This document shows, piece after piece, positions 61,025-64,000 of a stretch of DNA of 64,000 nt. The stretch comes from an uncultured Bacteroides sp. GTDB taxonomy: Bacteria; Bacteroidota; Bacteroidia; Bacteroidales; Bacteroidaceae. The stretch lies in contig CAJKDC010000003.1 of NCBI GenBank assembly GCA_905198575.1, forward strand, positions 2,199 through 66,198. Direction: 5' to 3'. The notes beneath the pieces are model-generated. The model was not told where the DNA came from and made no database searches. It worked only from the letters and a program-made list of their open reading frames with translations. Both the position numbers and the translations under genes were made by a program. Within the stretch, counting starts at the first letter, position 1; the number at the start of each line of letters is the position of its first letter.

Positions 61025-62275
61025 TCAATCCGCTCTTAATGCCTCTATCGGCCGGATCATCACCGCCTTGCGGGCAGGGAAGAATCCGGCTGATGTACCG
61101 GCAATGATTAATGTCAGCGTAGCCTGTATGGCTACACTTATATCTACCGTAGGATTATGGAAAACCGTAGCCGAGAAAACACCTGCATCCACTGTCTGCT
61201 GACCGAACAACCGGTCCATATACTCCGTAGCCAGAATACCGGCTACCATACCCACATAACCAAAAAATGTAGTAATAAGCACACTCTCGGCTATAATTAG
61301 TCGCAAGATGGAAAACGGACTTGCCCCCAAAGCCTTGCGGATGCCAAACTCATGCGTCCGCTCGCGCACGGTAATCAGCATAATATTGCTGACACCCACG
61401 ATACCACTGATAAGTGTAAAGATACCGATTACCCAGATAGCGATGTGCAGGATGGAAGTAGCCTGCTGCTGTTGCAGATACTGCGTAAAGCGGTTCCATA
61501 TCCACACAGCTCCGTTATCCGAAGCGTCAAACTGATGACGGTGAGCCAGCATCGTACGGAAATCGTCTTCAAAACGATCATTCGTTTTTTCATCGGTCAA
61601 ACCTCGGGTTGTAAACATCAGATTATCCACAAGGTTACCCTTGGCATATAGCAGGCTCAATGTACTGTAAGGAACATACACCGAAGGAGAAAAGAAGTTC
61701 TGGTCATCGTATATTCCTACCACTTTAAAAGCCAGACCATTGACCTTGATCATCTTTCCTAAGGCCGACTCACGGGGAAAAAGCATCTCTACCGTCTTTT
61801 TGTGCAACACCATCACTTTACGGTTTTCCTGCATATCCAGCTGATTAATAAAACGTCCTTCCACCAACTTGATTCCCTCAATTTGTACCAGCGAAGGCAT
61901 TACTCCTTCTAATGTAATGGAAACATGGTCTTTTCCATACGTTATATCTACTGCATTCTGGCTTACTGTTGCCCCGACTTCCATAATATTGTCCGGGAAA
62001 CGGACAGCAGTCAATCTGCAATCTTCCTGTTCCAGCTCTACATTCCGGCCTTCCTGCATTCCCTGCCAAGGCTTTGTTGTAGTTCCCGGATAAACCTTTA
62101 CCGAGTTCATCACCACATTGCCCGAGTTCAGCTCGAACGCATGAATCAATCCGTTTCCGGCTCCCAGCAGCACAATCAGGATAAAAATCCCCCATGCCAC
62201 CGATAACCCCGTAAGCACCGTACGCAGTTTATTACGCATCACAGTGCCCAGAATTTCCTGTAACAAATCCCTCAT
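61025..62275 (-). CDS. ABC transporter permease (MacB/FtsX family)
   Basis: RTVLTGL, GVSNIM…ERTHEFGIRKALGA and PARKA motifs. Confidence 0.92.
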   Translation of the reverse strand: MRDLLQEILGTVMRNKLRTVLTGLSVAWGIFILIVLLGAGNGLIHAFELNSGNVVMNSVKVYPGTTTKPWQGMQEGRNVELEQEDCRLTAVRFPDNIMEVGATVSQNAVDITYGKDHVSITLEGVMPSLVQIEGIKLVEGRFINQLDMQENRKVMVLHKKTVEMLFPRESALGKMIKVNGLAFKVVGIYDDQNFFSPSVYVPYSTLSLLYAKGNLVDNLMFTTRGLTDEKTNDRFEDDFRTMLAHRHQFDASDNGAVWIWNRFTQYLQQQQATSILHIAIWVIGIFTLISGIVGVSNIMLITVRERTHEFGIRKALGASPFSILRLIIAESVLITTFFGYVGMVAGILATEYMDRLFGQQTVDAGVFSATVFHNPTVDISVAIQATLTLIIAGTSAGFFPARKAVMIRPIEALRAD

Positions 62276-62283
62276 AGCATTGC

Positions 62284-63003
62284 TTATTTCATAAAACCAT
62301 TTACACCAAAAGGAGAAGCATCGTGGTTCAAATTCTCCTCAATCCGTTCTATCAGTCCATCCTTTATATGAATGATCTTGTCGGTCTGGTTAGCCACCCC
62401 ACTTTCATGGGTTACTACCACAATGGTCAGTCCCTCCTGCCGGTGCAAATCTTTCAAAATATTCATCACCTCTACCGAAGTCTTACTGTCCAGTGCTCCG
62501 GTAGGCTCATCGGCAAGAATTATCCTGGGTTTCGAAATCAATGCACGTGCTATAGCCACACGCTGCTTCTGTCCGCCAGACAGCTCATTAGGCATATGGT
62601 GTGCCCACTCCTTCAATCCCAGTTTATCCAGATATTCCAAAGCCAGCTGATTTCTTTTTTTCCGGCTTACTCCCTGATAAAACAAAGGCAGCGCCACATT
62701 CTCCATGGCATTCTTAAACGGTATGAGGTTGAACGACTGAAAGATAAATCCAATCATCCTGCAGCGCAGTTCTGCAGCTCGCGTTTCACTCAAGCCTTTT
62801 ATCAGAACCCCGTCCAGAAGGTACTCTCCCGAATCATAATTATCCAGTATCCCCAAAATATTCAACAGCGTAGATTTACCCGAACCCGATGCCCCCATAA
62901 TAGAAACAAATTCACCTTGAGAAATATCTAAGTCGATGCCCTTTAAGACATGCAACGGTGCTCCGTTGTGATATGTCTTATTAATACCTTTTAAATGAAT
63001 CAT
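62284..63003 (-). CDS. ABC transporter ATP-binding protein (MacB/LolD-like)
   Basis: Walker A GASGSGKS, LSGGQKQR and ADEPTGALD motifs. ATG 63003 is preferred. Confidence 0.95.
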   Translation of the reverse strand: MIHLKGINKTYHNGAPLHVLKGIDLDISQGEFVSIMGASGSGKSTLLNILGILDNYDSGEYLLDGVLIKGLSETRAAELRCRMIGFIFQSFNLIPFKNAMENVALPLFYQGVSRKKRNQLALEYLDKLGLKEWAHHMPNELSGGQKQRVAIARALISKPRIILADEPTGALDSKTSVEVMNILKDLHRQEGLTIVVVTHESGVANQTDKIIHIKDGLIERIEENLNHDASPFGVNGFMK

Positions 63004-63030
63004 TGTCGTCAATAATCTTTAATTTATGCA

Positions 63031-63060
63031 TTAGACGAAATGAAGATACAAAAAGTTGCC
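63031..63060 (-). promoter_or_regulatory. ECF-sigma-type promoter for the efflux operon
   Basis: Minus strand reads GGCAAC-N17-CGTCTAA, with a T-tract after the -35 element. Confidence 0.65.
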
Positions 63061-63087
63061 AACCCGCATGAAATAATCGAAAAAAAA

Positions 63088-63119
63088 TTTGTTCTCTTTT
63101 TAAGGTTTCATTACATTTG
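63088..63119 (+). promoter_or_regulatory. Primary-sigma promoter for glucokinase
   Basis: TTTG (63088-91), a 20-nt spacer, then TACATTTG (63112-19). Confidence 0.8.
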
Positions 63120-63153
63120 CTGTCATTATAACTAACCCTAAATATAAAATATC

Positions 63154-64000
63154 ATGACAACAAGCATGGAAAAGCCCTACGTAGTGGGTATGGACATTGG
63201 TGGTACAAACACAGTTTTTGGTATTGTAGACTCTCGTGGTAACGTTTTATCTACAGATTCTGTTAAGACACAGCAATATGCTAAAATTGAGGATTATGTT
63301 GATGCAGTATGCAAAAAATTACTTCCTCTGATTCAGGCTATCGGTGGTGTTGATAAAATTAAGGGTATGGGTGTAGGTGCACCTAACGGAAACTATTATA
63401 ATGGTACAATTGAATTTGCACCAAACCTTCCTTGGAAAGGTGTAATTCCATTGGCTGCTTTGTTCGAAGAAAAATTAGGTATTCCTACCGCTTTGACAAA
63501 CGACGCTAACGCAGCTGCTATCGGTGAAATGACTTATGGTGCTGCACGTGGTTTGAAAGATTTCATCATGATCACTTTGGGAACTGGTGTAGGTAGCGGT
63601 ATCGTAATCAACGGTCAGTTGGTATATGGACACGATGGTTTTGCAGGCGAATTAGGTCACGTAATCGTACGTCGTGACGGTCGTCAGTGCGGATGCGGCC
63701 GTAAAGGCTGTCTGGAAACATACTGTTCTGCAACCGGAGTTGCACGTACAGCACGCGAATTCCTGATTGCACGTTCAGAACCAAGTTTGTTGAGAAATAT
63801 CCCTGCTGAAGAAATCGTATCTAAAGATGTATACGATGCAGCAGTAAAAGGTGATAAACTGGCACAGGACATCTTCGAATATACTGGTAAGATTTTGGGT
63901 GAAGCAATTGCTGATTTCATCGCATTCTCTAGCCCAGAAGCTATCATCCTCTTCGGTGGATTGGCTAAATCTGGCGACTATATCATGAAACCTATCCAGC
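63154..64000 (+). CDS. glk: ROK-family glucokinase (runs off the window end; not in the ORF track)
   Basis: Translated by hand: MTTSMEKPYVVGMDIGGTNT…NDANAAA…TLGTGVGSG…GELGH…CGCGRKGCLE. Confidence 0.9.
   Translation, partial: MTTSMEKPYVVGMDIGGTNTVFGIVDSRGNVLSTDSVKTQQYAKIEDYVDAVCKKLLPLIQAIGGVDKIKGMGVGAPNGNYYNGTIEFAPNLPWKGVIPLAALFEEKLGIPTALTNDANAAAIGEMTYGAARGLKDFIMITLGTGVGSGIVINGQLVYGHDGFAGELGHVIVRRDGRQCGCGRKGCLETYCSATGVARTAREFLIARSEPSLLRNIPAEEIVSKDVYDAAVKGDKLAQDIFEYTGKILGEAIADFIAFSSPEAIILFGGLAKSGDYIMKPIQ

Overview
This 64 kb window is chromosomal DNA from a gut Bacteroidales organism, most like Phocaeicola/Bacteroides. The evidence is TAnnTTTG promoters, AT-rich start regions, a MurF-Alr fusion, gldH and an 11-subunit nuo operon. 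In order it holds: fabK, a nucleoid-associated protein gene and cls; a SusC/D-less alpha-mannoside utilisation locus (MFS transporter, two GH92, ROK kinase, long PMI-like protein, uncharacterised glycosidase lipoprotein, AraC regulator); metF-holB-ricT-gldH; purH-mreBCD-mrdA-rodA; a phosphate transporter, a sugar-kinase-like phosphotransferase and an outer-membrane receptor; GSCFA-murF/alr-S9 peptidase; dxs-trkA; a small secreted-type ORF ahead of nuoA-B-CD-H-I-J-K-L-M-N; manA, cvfB and a hypothetical gene; a MacAB-TolC-type efflux operon; and a glucokinase that runs off the window end. I found no tRNA, rRNA, CRISPR array, transposase or integrase. The most interesting observations are: (1) a candidate secretion-coupled leader/arrest peptide upstream of nuoA; (2) a ~17 kb high-GC block of core genes whose edges fall inside operons, with a local strand-skew reversal; (3) the mannoside locus with its uncharacterised enzymes and a perfect 19-bp inverted repeat; (4) an 11-bp-periodic PHO-box-like array; (5) an ECF-sigma promoter on the efflux operon. 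All product calls come from motif recognition, not database searches. GC values are hand counts of single 60-nt lines.
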